From: Felis catus
Lineage: Eukaryota
Assembly: GCF_018350175.1 (NCBI RefSeq)
Contig: NC_058370.1
Span: forward strand, 72,292,001 to 72,355,868
Direction of reading: 5' to 3'
Length of the DNA stretch: 63,868 nt
Shown: positions 12,013-24,921 of the stretch, piece by piece
Layout: each line of letters begins with the position of its first letter
Position numbering within the stretch: position 1 is the first letter of the stretch
Made by a program: the position numbers and the translations under genes
Notes under the pieces: generated by a model
Databases searched by the model: none
The model's input: only the letters and a program-made list of their open reading frames with translations
Told to the model about the DNA's origin: nothing

Positions 12013-13214
12013 GTTAAAGTATGTGCTTACCTCCTATTGCTTTGATAGAAGAATTTAGAATGAGGAAGATTCTCTTGAACAACATTAGTGCTTAAAATGG
12101 CTTTGTGTTTATTTGGGATTCCCTTTATTATCCATTATTTGTTCAACATCACCATTCATATTTACATAAAGTCTATCAAAATTTGTCCTCGTGAAGAACA
12201 AACCCCTAAAGATATACAACAGTGTTTCACAATCAGTGCTCAAAACGGTCTTAGTCAAGACAAAGAAAATTGGGTTGGTTCATCTGCCTAGGTGTGCTCT
12301 GGGCACACAGACAGAAAAGGTTTTCACAGCCAGTCAACACCATGCTGTGGCAGGAGGTTCAGCTACAAAAGGGAAAAATTATTCCTAGTAAAAGTAAAGA
12401 CTCAAAAAACTGCCAATAAGGAGAAGTTGGATCTTAAAATCATGGTGTCACAATGAGAAAGTCTGTGCAAGAGTATTCTCTCACAGAGGGAAGAAAACTT
12501 TATCTAACTGAATGAAAGGCTGATCGCTTTCAACAATGCACAAACTTCAGGAAAGACAGTCAAACACCCAATGATCATCTATAGGCAAACAAATTGTTCG
12601 CCTGCTTACAGACAGTTTTGCATCAACTATAGACAACTATCAGCCATCAAGCAGCTACACAAACTCAGGTACCAGAAGACTTAAGTGCTGTGTGCTCTGA
12701 AAAATACTGCTAGTGCGTAATAAGTGCTCAGCAGATATCTGTTCAATGAATGAACATTTTCTGACTTTGAAGGAAGAGAAAACCCCTAGCTTCTGCAAAG
12801 TGATCCTGGCCACATTCAGGCTTATCTAGAAGAAACATGAGCATGTGAAAATGACAGTTCACACGGGCCATCGTGGACTGGCCTGGTTTCTGATGAGCAC
12901 CTCTGTGGAGGGCTGAAGGAAAGTCCATTTGTTTTGTAAATCCAAGCCTCCGGGCCCAATGGCCTACATGCAGCATAGTTAGAGAACTGTCGTCTCATAG
13001 CACCAAACCACTGCCAGTCATCTCCAGATGCCTCATGAGATCTGAGTGGATAAAATCCTTCATATTGAAAATGAAAATGTCCTTTTAAAAATAATTCATA
13101 GTCTTTTCAAAAGAGAGAAAGAGACCATAAATTCTCCAAAATTGATGGTTGAGCTTGATAGTTGAGATGAGAAGTGAGATTGTGTCACTGGGGAAGCTGA
13201 CAGCCACAAGGATC

Positions 13215-13430
13215 GCTAATATTTATCGAGGGCTTACCGTGCATTGGCGCTTCACACAGCCTAGTTCACTTCATTCTCAAAATGACACTGCGTGGTAATT
13301 ACTATTATTGGTCTTCATTGTACAGTTTGGGAAATGGAGCAAGGCTAAGGGACTTTCTTAAGATCACACAGTTAGTTGTTAAGGAGTGGGGTCTCTTTTG
13401 AACCCAGGCAGTCTAATTCCAGAGCCCACA
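13215..13430 (-). mobile_element. MIR SINE
   Basis: 'ctaatatttatcgagggcttacc..cattgtacag..aagatcacacagttag..gaacccaggcagtctaattccagagccca'. Confidence 0.7.
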
Positions 13431-13849
13431 CTACACTCCTGAAAATTATCCCCATTTTCACACTAAATGCTCAGGCTTATCTAAGCTTCCTGCAGTTTAA
13501 TGTATAGTGGAGCTCCCAGGCCAGGGAGTGCCACCGGGCTGTGCCCTGTGTTCAGGACAAAGAGGGAACCTCAGTAAGGGTCCAAGACACCGATGGTCTA
13601 ATGAGAGAGCTGCTCAGGGCACCCCTGATCTTTCTGCCTCTCTCTACTTCCCTTCTCCCCAACTTATTCTCTGCACCTTCTAATACTGCTGCCACATTCA
13701 TTCTACCACATGTGTTCTCCTTGGTGTTTTAGATTCATTGGGAATTCTTCTCTCTGCCTATCAGAGACCAATTTCTGAGAAATGGCTTTCTGTCCCCAAG
13801 ATATTACATACCTAGAGAACAGGTCAGTCAGAGTCAAAATTATCTTGTT

Positions 13850-14003
13850 TCCTGTTTGTTGGCTTGTTTTTCTCTCCTCCCACTGGAATGTTAAATTCTA
13901 TGAAAGCATGGATCATTTCTATCCTGGCCTACCATAGTGGCTGACACACAAACATTACTTAATATGTATTTGACGAATGAATGAATGAATGAATGAATGA
14001 ACG
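13850..14003 (+). mobile_element. L2 3' end with (GAAT)n tail
   Basis: 'cccactggaatgttaaattctatgaaagca..gtggctgacacac..tatttg' followed by (gaat)n. Confidence 0.65.
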
Positions 14004-14104
14004 AACAAAAAAATCACAGAAGACAAAATTATGTACTATGTCTACCAGTTCAGATGAGCACATATAATTGAAATTTTTTCTTCTTTATCATTGTTATCAT
14101 CATA

Positions 14105-14250
14105 AAAATAATTATATATTAAGCTGCCTATTAAGTACCACCACTATTGGATATTTTATAAACATTATTTCATTTAATCTTCATAAGCCACATGGCAGAT
14201 ATTATCCCTGCCTTACAGATGAGGAAACTCAGGCTTAAAGAAATTAAGCC
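14105..14250 (-). mobile_element. MIR SINE fragment
   Basis: MIR core 'catttaatcttcataa..attatccc..ttacagatgaggaaactcaggcttaaag'. Confidence 0.7.
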
Positions 14251-14745
14251 AAAGGTTCATCTACCAAAGGTTTCCAATTGCCCTTGGGATAGGGCTTATA
14301 TTTCCTAATATGGTTTATAACTCCAACCTCATTTTTCTTGGCTCAGTCTCCAATGTGATGCTGCATTCTTTATCAGTTAGAAAAATACTATTAGTGGCTT
14401 AAACAGAATTTCTTATTTTCACCTAAGAAGTCTATAGGCAGGAATGTAAGGACACTACAATGCCTTCATCAAGGACTGAGGCTCCTTCTATTTTTCCTCT
14501 CTACACTGTTCTGGTGCACTGTGTTGTTATTTCATGGTCACAAAATGGCAGCTGATCCTTTAAGCATCCCATCAGCATTCAAAGCCAGGAGGAAGGGGAA
14601 GGGCAAATGTCTGTGCCAGCCAAGGTTTTCTCCTTAATCATAAAAAACAAAACTTTACCAGAATCCCTCCAGCAAACCATATTAATATCTCATTGTCCAG
14701 AACTATAACACATGGCCATCCCTAGCTAAAAAAGAGGCCTCCATG

Positions 14746-14840
14746 GGGCACCTGGCTGACTTAGTCAATACAGCATGAGACTCTTGATATTAGGGTCGTG
14801 AGTTCAAGCCCCACGTTGGGCATAGAGCTTACTTAAAAAA
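14746..14840 (+). mobile_element. Short tRNA-Lys-derived CAN-SINE (no CT-rich body)
   Basis: 'gcacctggctgacttagtc..gcatgagactcttgat..agggtcgtgagttcaagccccacgttgggc' plus A tail. Outer TSD 'cctccatg' (~14738 and ~15134). Confidence 0.85.
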
Positions 14841-14850
14841 AGGGAGAGAG

Positions 14851-15092
14851 GGGGGCGCCTAGGTGGCTCAGTCGGTTAGGTGTCTGCCTTTGGTTCAGGT
14901 CATTATCTCACAGTTCATGGGTTCAAGTCCCACATCTGGCTCTGTGCTGACAGCTCACAGCCTGGAGCCTGCTTCGGACCCTGTGTCTCCCTCTCTCTCT
15001 GTCTCTGCCCCTCTCCTATTTGCACTCTGTCTCTCTCTCTCTCCCTCAAAAATAAACACACATATATAAGCTAATTAATTAATTAATTAAAG
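14851..15092 (+). mobile_element. CAN-SINE (feliform) inserted in the tail of the preceding SINE
   Basis: Full SINEC body with (TAAT)n tail, followed by (GA)n at ~15099-15133. Confidence 0.95.
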
Positions 15093-15097
15093 GTGAG

Positions 15098-15136
<39 letters not shown>

Positions 15137-15409
15137 CCATGATGGAAGGTGGGAAAGAAAGAAGAAAGTAGAAATGGTTCTCAGGTCTGTCAACCAGCAA
15201 TGTCTGCCACCCAATACCCCAGAGCTGCTTTCAGATGTACAACATGTCAATGCTGATTCTTATTTCCAGATCTGTGTACCTGTTCTTCTCTCTTCAACCA
15301 AATGTAAAAGTTTCCTCTTCTTTGCAATTTTCCCTGACTTGCACACCGCCCACCACCAACAGTAGGCAACAGCCCCCACTGTTCGTTCTCTTAGCATCAG
15401 GGCCTTACC

Positions 15410-15542
15410 TGTTTTCTTGTCTGTATTTTCCACTGGAGCAAAGACTTTGAAGGTGGGGCCATGTCTTCATCACTATGTCCCTGGCATCTATCACAATGTC
15501 TGGCACAATAGACTTTATTGAATGAATGAATGAATGAATGAA
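15410..15542 (+). mobile_element. L2 3' end with (GAAT)n tail
   Basis: 'ccactggagcaaagactttgaagg..catgtcttcatcactatgtccc..tctggcaca..ttgaatgaatgaatg'. Confidence 0.65.
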
Positions 15543-16419
15543 GCAACAAAGCAAGGAATCAAGCTCAGATAAATCTAATTCCAAAGTCCATGCTCCACTC
15601 ACTATATAGCACTGACTTCTGGGAATAAAACCATATTTTTAAAAATCCATAGAAAATGCTCCAACCTCCCCTCAGAGACACCTCAGAGTTGTACTGTCAT
15701 CATCATCATCCTCACCACATTTCTCACTTGCTCTCTAATCAAGGACCCAGAAACATCTAGAATCACCAGAATCTTGGCAGGAAGAAAAGAGCCCTGAAAA
15801 ATAGCCAAACAGGGTGCCCAGTCCCTAGTCTCCACAAAAAGCTAAATGTACTGAAGAAAATATTTCAGAATAAGCAGGATTCTCTGGCTACTTAATTGTC
15901 GCTCCAGCACTAAATGGCATTTGCTTTTCATTTTTCCATATGTGTTTAGTATTTACAGACAATAGCTCACATTCTGTGATTTTCCTTAAAAAATTGAGTT
16001 CGAAATGTAGTGTGATGGTTCAAAGGTAATTGTTTATTCAGATAACAATCAGGGCTTTCAAGCAGACAAGGCCCCTCAGAGATGGCCGAGAAAAATGTTA
16101 TGCTTAACCTGTGTAGTACTGCTAGAAATAACAGAAATTTCTTGTCGTCTGCCAGCTAGATGCCATTCCTCCACCTCTTCTGGACCCATGTGAGAAACAA
16201 ACCATCAAACCCCTGCTCCGGCCACCACAATGACAGAAATAATTACCTTTACCTGCGAACACAGTCTAGGTTTTCTTTGGCATTTAAATTTTGTCACGAT
16301 CAGCCACTTCCTCCCTCTTTTTTTTCATACTTTCTCTACCAAGCCCATGCCTCATACATGTGACATGGGTCATCCACATTTCTGTTTTGGCGTATTTTTA
16401 ATGAAAAGTAATCTTAACT

Positions 16420-17195
16420 ACTGTCGTGATGTTAAATTTGTTCACAAGGGGCTCCTGGGTGGCTCAGCCGTTAAGCGTCCGACTTCAGCTCAGGTCATGA
16501 TCTTACGGTTTGTGAGATTGAGCCACACTTCGGGCTCTGTGCTGACAGCTCAGAGCCTGGAGCCTGCTTCAGATTCTGTGTCTCCCTCTCTCCCTCTGCC
16601 CCTCCCTTACACTTTCTCTCTCTCTCAAAAATAAATAAACATTAAAATTTTTAAATTTAGATTTGTTCACAAATATGTTTTGATATGCCTCCTGTTAAAA
16701 GATGAAGCCCAACTCCCTTCTCCTTGAATGTGGGCTACACCCAGTGACTCATTTCTGACCAACAGAATAAAATGGCAATGATGGTATATAACTGACAGAC
16801 TAGGTCATAAAAGGCACAGCAATTTCCAATCTCCTCCTCATCCTCTTCTTCCTCCTTCTTGTTCCTCTTCTCTCTCTCTTTCATTCTCTGTCTCTCATCA
16901 CTCACTCTGAGAGAGGAGTCCCTGAGGACATGCAAGGCATCCTGTGACGAGACCCACATAACGAGGAATTGAATCTCCTACCAACAACAGTCACGTAAGT
17001 GAGCTCAGAAGCACATCCTTCAGTCTTATCGGGGTTCAGAGCACTGCAGTCTCATGAGGGACCTGAGCCAGAACCATCCAACCCAACTGCTCCCAAATTT
17101 CTGATCACAGAAACTGTGAGACCAAAAAAATGTTTGTTGTCTTAAGCCACTAATTTGGGAAATAACATAATGCATGGGAATAGATAACTAATACA
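16420..17195 (+). mobile_element. MaLR LTR (MLT1F/G/H-like), interrupted by a SINE
   Basis: 'ccttgaatgtgggc..gtgactcatttctgaccaacagaat', 'aggtcataaaagg', and the terminus 'ttgttgtcttaagccactaa..aatagataactaataca'. Confidence 0.75.
16448..16650 (+). mobile_element. CAN-SINE (feliform)
   Basis: SINEC body. TSD 'tta(a/g)atttgttcacaa'. Confidence 0.95.
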
Positions 17196-17229
17196 GCTAC
17201 ATTAAGGAAATATTTCGTACAATTAAAAT

Positions 17230-18250
17230 GTCACCAATACCTCATCCTCCTAACATGGTTTCCACCTTTGGATATTATCTTCCAAATGGAAATGCTTTAT
17301 ATACTTGTTATCATAATGCATATACAATCTGATTTCTGTACTTTCTCACGTTTTATCATAAATACTTCCCTTGTTACAACGTCCCCACAGTTAACATTTA
17401 AAATGTTTGAATAATATTTTACCATAATTTATTAAACCATTTCCGTATATTGCATGTTTTGGTGGTTTCCAGTTTTTTCCTTCTAGAGCTTTTACTGCGG
17501 TGAATATCTTTGAATATATAGCTTCTTGCTCGTGTTGGTTTATTTGGTTAGAATAAACATTCTATATTTGATGATTAAAGCAGTATAAACAGCTTTGTGG
17601 CTTTCATTACATATTGTCATATTTACTTTTACAAAAAGACATAGCAATTTATCAGCAATGGATAAGTGTATTAGCTATACTACTACCATAATTGTATTGT
17701 AATCTTTCAAAGTTTTTCTAGAGGTACAAAATTGCATCTCAAGTTTGCTTACATTTGAATTTCTTTGATCCTAATGTGCTTGTATGCTTTTTTATGTGTT
17801 TACTTACTATTTGTTTCCCCTCTTGTGAATTATCTTTTCCTGTACTTCATATTTATTCTAATTTTAATGTACTTTTTCTCATAAATTTGAATGTAAAATT
17901 ATAGATTAGAAATATTAACCTTTGTAATCTTTAATTAAAATGTTTTTCCAGACCGTTGTCCATTTTTATGAGTTTGTTTTTTCATTAAACAAAAATCCAT
18001 AAATATATCAATATGTTTATGTGATTTCTTCCATTGCTTTCTATGGCTGCAGAGCTAAGAGAATTCACATTTCTCCTCTGGTATCAACTACTATTTTCTT
18101 CTAGTTTCTCTAAAACTTATGGAGATGTGTTTTGTTTTGGTTGTTTTTTTGTATTTACCTCAAATCTATCTGGTTTGTTTTGGTGTAGACTTGTAAAATG
18201 CAGAACGTTTTTAAAACTGTTCTTCCACTTACTCAGTGTTTATCAAAAAT
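17230..18250 (-). mobile_element. Ancient L1 (L1M-type) fragment
   Basis: T-rich, with degenerate L1 motifs 'accataatttattaaaccatttcc', 'ggtttccagtttttt', 'gaaatattaacctttg'. Confidence 0.55.
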
Positions 18251-18260
18251 AGTTCAGAGT

Positions 18261-18465
18261 GGGGCGCCTGTGTGGCTCAATTAGTTGAGCAATCAACTCT
18301 TGACTTCAGCTCAGATCATGATCCCAGGGTCCTGGGATCAAGCCAGCATCAGGCTCCACACTAGGTGTAGAGCCTGCTTGAGATTCTCTCTCCCTTTGGC
18401 CCTCTCTCCTGTGTGTGTGCTCTCTCTCTAAAATAAAAATTAAATAAATAAATAAACATCTATTT
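18261..18465 (+). mobile_element. CAN-SINE
   Basis: SINEC body. TSD 'tagttcagagt'. Confidence 0.93.
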
Positions 18466-18849
18466 AAAAATTAGTTCAGAGTAAGTTGGCTTTACATTTT
18501 TTATAATATTCCTAGGACTCACTGAAGAGCACGGAGTGTCCCACAAAATAGGTAAGGAGTAACAAACCTGGGACACGTGGTAGATGCCATTGGTTGAGAT
18601 TTCTTCCTTTTTAATTCATACTGATAGAGGAACAAGTGCGTCTGAAGGACTGGGCCTCGCGCCAGCCCCAGGTGCTGATCATGATTGGCTCAAACCAAAT
18701 GTTTCCCTTTTCTGATTGTTTTAGGCTTGTGCTTATTTCACCATGTTGACCAATGGGTCAATCCATGGGGGCTTCTACGAATATATTTTCTCACTGAACA
18801 AAAAAGGAAAACATCTACAGGAAGAGAGATCCGTCTTGTGCCCTCAAAT

Positions 18850-19105
18850 TTGCCTACTGCCTATCATGCCTGGAACATGGCAGGCACCTTCCCACCATGA
18901 GGGGGCAAGTCAGAGCACAGACGCTAGAGATGGCAACGCCAATGGCAAGACTTGTGTCCTAGATGATGTTGCTGAGTCATGGAATTTATCAACGCTAGAA
19001 TTGCCCACCTAAGAACGTGTTCTGTGGGAGAATATATATTCTTCCTATTTTAAGCCACTTTTAGGTGACTTTTCTGTTATTTTCAGCTGAAAGTATCCTA
19101 AATGT
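18850..19105 (+). mobile_element. Old MaLR LTR 3' fragment (MLT1-like)
   Basis: 'tcctagatgatgttgctgag', 'tttaagccactttt..tttctgttattttcagctgaaagtatcctaa'. Confidence 0.5.
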
Positions 19106-20876
19106 TAAATCTCTGATATTTTTCCACTTGTGCATTTATTTCTGTCATGCCATTTAGAAATCATGTTACAGGTTTAAGAACCCGATTCCTGAATCACGAA
19201 AGAAGTCAAAAGCCAGCACACATTTGGGAGAAGCTGCTCTGTGAACCTTCCTGTTCTCAGGAACATCTCTCCTCTCTGCCCCCAAGAGCTTATGAACAGT
19301 TTCTCTCCCATGTTGCAAATGCTTTTGTGGTCAGGGCTCTTTTCTCAGTCACAAGTACAGAACCCCAAGTATTTACAGCCTCCAAGAGGATGAGGTGCAG
19401 TGAATGACAAATGCCATGTTCCACTGTCATTAAATGCAAATTTCTCAACACCTTTTTATCTGTAACAATACCGTGAAAACTGAGCACTCTGCTGACAAGA
19501 TTTTGATAGTACAGCCCTAAACCACCAGGTCCTGCAGATCCTGCCACAGAGGAACAAGGGTTGGACCCATTGACAATCATCTGAATAACAATTGCAAATA
19601 AACAACCTGAAGCTAAATGAAAAGTTTGAATAAATCAGACAGTTGGTCTGCACCAGTGGTTTTCACACTGAGCTCCCTAGAGCCCTAGCAATCCTTCAGG
19701 GAAGGGTGGGAGACTTTCAGGGAGCAGAGCTCAGTTCCAGCCCTCTCTTCAAATGGCAGGTTCTGCTTTTATCTGTATTACATACATAATGCTCTGGTAC
19801 AGAATAGTCCATTTAAAGAAAAAGTGCTTTTTTTTTTTTTTAAGTTTAAAACACTAGTCAACACTCTTAATGTTTGCATACAGATGTTTGCAGTCAGGCA
19901 AGAAAAATAGTCTGATCATTATGGGAGAAAGAAAAGATATCCTCTCTATCTTCTTGTTATTTTTCTTTGTCTTCTTACTATTTTTAGTATAATAACTTAA
20001 TGGAATATTAACATACATGTGTATTCTCCATATGAGAACTGAAAAAGATAAAGCTTTCAGAATCAAATCCTTGCTCTGTATCTGGTCTTGATGTACGTTG
20101 GAGGGGGAGATGGACAATAAGCGGAGAGAGATGGGTTCTCATTATTCTGTTATAATGTAATAACCTGACAGCACAAATTACTGGCAGAGTTTTAGCCATA
20201 TTGGCACACACAGGCTATTTCTATTGATCCCTAAACTTAAAGAGTCCATGACCTCATCCGAAGTATGCTTTTTAATAATTCACTTCGTTTAAGGACCCAT
20301 TAAAATGTCAGAACTATCATAAAGCTTATAAACACTTAGTTACCTCTAATGTCTTCAAAATAATAATGCATTATTGATGGAACCTTGATTCACAATCACT
20401 TTCCTCCCATTTGACAAAGTCAATACAGCACATGCTTTCTCCACATCCCCCCACACCTTCCTCCCTCTTCAGCAAACATGCTTTGTTCCTACATCCCCCA
20501 TAGTTCTTAAAAATGAGTTCTTTGGGATCCTCTCTCGTTCCGAGCCAAGAAGAGTGCCTAATGGGCTGGTTTATTTCAAAGAAGAAAATGGCATAAAGAA
20601 ATGATGATCAAGTTGCCAGGATAGGCCAACAACCAAATCATGCAAAAGTAAGAGGGAGGTAGACAGTGAGAAATCCGTTGTTGGCTGAAACATTTGCTTC
20701 TTTTTGCATATATAAGGCTTTCTTCTGTAGAAATTTCTGGGACAGTATAAGCATGCAAACTTGATTTCAGGTGCCTTTTCAGTGGGATAGGCAAAAAGAA
20801 TAGTATTCATTTCAGTGTCATTCAAATCAGGAAAGGGAAAAACATTCTCCAAAGCATGCGGATTCTCTCTAAAAAT

Positions 20877-21066
20877 AAGGCTACCAAATAAAGTGGAGGA
20901 TACCCAGTTAGATTTGAAGTTCAGATAATGAATAATTTGGGGGGAAAGTTTGTCTCAAATATTGCATGGGACATACTTACACTAAAAAAAAATTACCCGT
21001 CATTTAAATGAAATTGAAATATGGCTTAGAATCTTATATTTTTATTTGCTAAATCTGGCTACCTTA
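20877..21066. mobile_element. hAT DNA transposon fossil, MER53-like palindromic MITE
   Basis: 'ggatacccagttagatttgaagttcagataa..aatattgcatgggacatacttacactaaaa..tttatttgctaaatctggctacctta'. Confidence 0.7.
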
Positions 21067-21968
21067 TCTTTTAAAGCAAATCTTAGTGCCTCACCTAACA
21101 CTAAAAATACTGAGGGTGCTAACTCAATAGTCTCCATTCCAGGCTATGCATTAGAATTATCTGTGGTTTCCCGAGACTACAATTTAGAGCAGCTAAATCA
21201 GAGTCCCTGAGTGGGGCCCAGACATTCTGTCAGGATTCTGAAGGGGGGAGGGGTGGTTCTTATAGACAACCAGGTTACAGAACATCTAAGCCAAAGGATT
21301 GTAATGACTCAGTATCAAATCTCAGAAAGGCATGACTGGGGCATATCAGGGACATCCCAGGATCTATCAGCAGGGAAATACAAGTATTTTTAAGGCATAT
21401 TCAACATTTTAATATAACTTTATATTTGAGAAATTAAAACTACCCAAAAAAACATAGAATACCAAAAAAAATTAAGGATAATGGAAGGATTTAGACTTGG
21501 AAGGCTAAAAGAGATAACAAAGCATAGGTCCTGGAACCTGGGCAAGTCAAAGATGAGCAGAGTACCTGCGATAGAGAACAGGAGGCAGGAGGCGGGCAGG
21601 AGTTAATGAGGCATCTGGTTGGCTAGACCAAGGTGTCCTCGGCCTAGAGCTCAGGAAGGCAGACAAGAAGAAGTAAGACTTCAGGCCAAAACTCTAGACA
21701 GAGTCACCAGCCAGGCACCATCTGATGAACAAGTGATCATGGAATCCTGCCAATCACAGGACTTTTGGGGGCATCAATCCCAGCACATGGCTGACCCAGG
21801 GTTCACAGGTGATACAGAGGTGAGCACTTGGCTAGAATAGGGAACAGGGGTGCAGAAAAAGACAACTGGTAAAGTAACTTATGTGAGTGCAGTGCTAGCT
21901 GGCCGGCACCTGCAATGATCTGAAAAGAGTTTCGCACTTAGAAGACACAGCATTCAGTTCTGGGGACA

Positions 21969-22080
21969 TTTTTTAAAATATTTTATTTTGAAGTCATCTC
22001 TACACCCAACGTGGGGCTTGAGCTCATAACTCCAAGATCAAGAGTCCCATGCTCCAATGACTGAGCCAGTGAGACACCCC
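21969..22080 (-). mobile_element. Short tRNA-Lys-derived CAN-SINE
   Basis: 'tctctacacccaacgtggggcttgagctc..agatcaagagtcccatgctcca..gactgagccag..cacccc' with a T-rich tail. Confidence 0.85.
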
Positions 22081-22534
22081 AGTCCTGCATACTTTAAGCA
22101 AGTTGTTGATGTCTCTCAAACTCAAAACTGTCTTCTAGAAAATGGGGAGACTATAATCTTCTTTGCAGGGATGTATAGGCAGCACTTCAAATCAGGAGAT
22201 ATAGGCAGCAAGGATGGAATGTGATGGGGACCTTCATTGGAGCCCATCACTTTCCTGACATGGGCCCCTATCCTGCCACATCCCGGGCCCCCCTTGCTCC
22301 TATTCAAGGCTCTTCTGTGTTCTCAACTCAAGAAGGTGACTTGTTTACAGAACAGTGGGGATCCAGTGCCTGTCCCAGCCCCTGGCAGGGTAGATGCTCA
22401 ATGAATTCTTGACGCTTTAATGGGACTAAGAAATCTCAACAGATGTTCCTCCTTCTAAAACATGTTTGGGTATTCCAAGCACTGCATATTTTCATTTTCT
22501 TTTCTACCTACATTTATTTAAGCTTTGTATTTAT

Positions 22535-22710
22535 TAACCGTGTGATTTTGGACAAATGATTTAACCTGTCAAAGCCTCAGTGCACCCATTCTATAAAATA
22601 GGAGCATTAGTGTTATCTATTTTACAGATTTGTGGTGAGAGTTAATTAAGACTATGTATGAAAGCCCAGTACCTGACACATTATAAGTACTTAAAAATGT
22701 TTAGCTATTA
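22535..22710 (+). mobile_element. MIR SINE fragment
   Basis: 'tgtgattttggacaaatgatttaacctg..gcctcagtgc..ctataaaatagga..gtacctgacaca'. Confidence 0.7.
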
Positions 22711-23387
22711 CTAGAACCATCACCACTCAATTCAGCCATTGTCCCAGCAAAATTCTTGACTCAGACATATATATTCTATGCCTACCACTAATCCAAATCT
22801 CTGAGACTGGTTTGCACTAAATGTTACAGCCCCACAGCAGGGGCTAGACATTCTGAAGCCACCCGTGGCCTCAGGAATCATGAAAAGAAGCCACAAATAT
22901 CCCCCAGCTCTCACTGACTACACAAAAATAGTTATTCTGCATTTGCTATATCTTCATCTCCACATTCTGTCCTAGGTCTACGTTTTACTGCAATTTCCAT
23001 TCTCCTAATAAAATAACATCGTGCCTTTATGATCTTCTCTACACAAAAACCCTTAAACTACCCCATCCCACCCCCCAGAGGCATGAAAGTAAACCTAAAG
23101 CCATATGGCACTGGAATTAAAGTCAGCACATTGTTGCATTGCATAATTCACCATCAGTATGAATGATCTCCCAGTGATATTATGGTGTTAACCCACTCTG
23201 GTAAGCAATGGTTCATCATAATTCTAAGTTCTCCTTGCATCCCAGACGGCTGTCTTTCAAATGGAGGGCAGCTGAATTTCACTGCACAGACATGTCATGT
23301 TACCAGCACCGCTCCCAGCCCTGCCAATTGCCTCAAAGTTGCCTGATTCAGACCATCCACAGGGTTTCTGGATTTTAGCAAAGTATG

Positions 23388-23640
23388 TGGTGTGCCTGGG
23401 TGGCTTAGTTGGTTAAGCATCCAACTTAGCTCAGGTCATAATCTCATGGTTCCTGGGTTCGAGTCCCACATCAAACTCTGTGCTGACAGCTTGGAGTTTG
23501 GAGCCTGGAGGCTGCTTCAGATTCTGTGTCCCCCTCTCTTTCTGCCCCTCTCCAGCTCTCACTCTGTCTCTCTCTCTTTCTCTCTCTCAAAATAAATAAA
23601 TAAATAAATAATTAATTAATTAATTAATTAAAAAAAAAAA
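23388..23640 (+). mobile_element. CAN-SINE (feliform)
   Basis: SINEC body with (TAAA)n/(TAAT)n/A tail. Confidence 0.93.
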
Positions 23641-24049
23641 GAATGCTACAGCTGCATATGTGCAAGACCTCATGATAACTTATGGAGGTAATCAATTCCA
23701 TCCATCATTAAGGATGTCTGACCTTGTCACTCAAATTATACTAGAGAATTTTGATTCAAGGGCCCAACTTCCTAATTTGTTAATTGCAAGTTTGAAGATG
23801 GTGAATTGGATTCACAAGAGATTCTGGAATTTCCTTCACTTCATGAGGAGGATGTGAATTTCCCTTCCTTTCAAGGAGGCAACTTGGTACTGAACATAAA
23901 TGTCAACATATAGTCAACACCTACCTAGGCAACCTTTATATGTATGTAAAATACACCACATATGTAAGCATAAAGACATGTGCTTGTCACCTTGGTGTCC
24001 CAATCTTGCAGTCTATCTTAATCTTGAAGTACAATGACTCAAACAACCA

Positions 24050-24553
24050 TCCAATAGAGAAAGAGAAAAGCAGCCCCTGACAGCCAGGCCTGGGGGTTCT
24101 CCTGCCGAACATTAACAATTTCACGGAGCAACAATATCAGATGAGGCCACTCTATGGTCATGATGGATCAAGACAAAAACAAGACCACTCATAAGTGTGA
24201 ACACAGATAAAACATGAACGTTGCCCAACCCACCCCTCCCCCCACCCCAGGTAATATGTGTAGCTGCTGCTTCTTAGCCAATTACACCTTCGGCCTCACT
24301 CTGGTCTGCCCTCTCTATAGTTACAATGGCTAAGAAACCCATCACAGAATCACCCATCTCCTGACAGCATCCAATCATAGTAGAGCCCCACTCTCTCAAG
24401 CCCTCCCTCCAAATCCCCCACATGAGCCCAAATCCTGTAAGCACTTTCAGAATGCCCTCTCACTGCAATGCCACATGGTTCAACACCTGATAGCCTCAAC
24501 TTGTTCAACCATGTGTGTGTTCCTAGTGGTCTTTAGCTAGAAGACACGGACAC
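24050..24553 (+). mobile_element. ERVL-class solo LTR (MER54/MER73/MER74-like)
   Basis: 'cagcccctgacagccagg', 'gatcaagacaaaaacaagaccact', 'gcagcatccaatc'-like motif, end 'gtgttcctagtggtctttagctagaagacacggaca'. Confidence 0.6.
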
Positions 24554-24921
24554 CACAAAATTATCAGTACTTATCCTTCCTGTTTTTTCAAAGGTCACAT
24601 CCTCCTGATGTATTTGAAGGAGGAGGTTTATCTAACATCCATGCACACCTCAATCTTACTTCATAGTTGTTCATGAATCCCACCCAGCAGTCTTAGCCCC
24701 CCTGTGGAGTTCTGCAACCACCACCTTCTACTCCCTTTCTGAAGAATACCATAAACACAAGACAGCAAGCAAAGTGAGTATCTGTGTAAGGATTTGTAAG
24801 TACTAGAGCTCAGCATTGAACATGGAATGTAAAACTGACTGATGAACACCCATATATATAAGTTTCTTGGGTATTCCCTTCACACCTCTCACTGCCACAC
24901 TCCTCTGGCCCACCACCTCTT

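Larger units (their letters stand above)
14373..15210 (-). mobile_element. Old MaLR LTR (MLT1J/K-like), interrupted by two SINEs at 14746-15133
   Basis: 'agtggcttaaacag', 'catggtcacaaaatggcagctg', 'cacatggccatccctagct', 'aggtctgtcaaccagcaatgtctgccac'. Confidence 0.6.

Noticed and set aside
14746-14825. tRNA-Lys(CTT) gene
   Set aside because: Resembles tRNA-Lys but has disrupted stems, the CAN-SINE 5' end, an A tail and a TSD. The same applies to 21969-22080.
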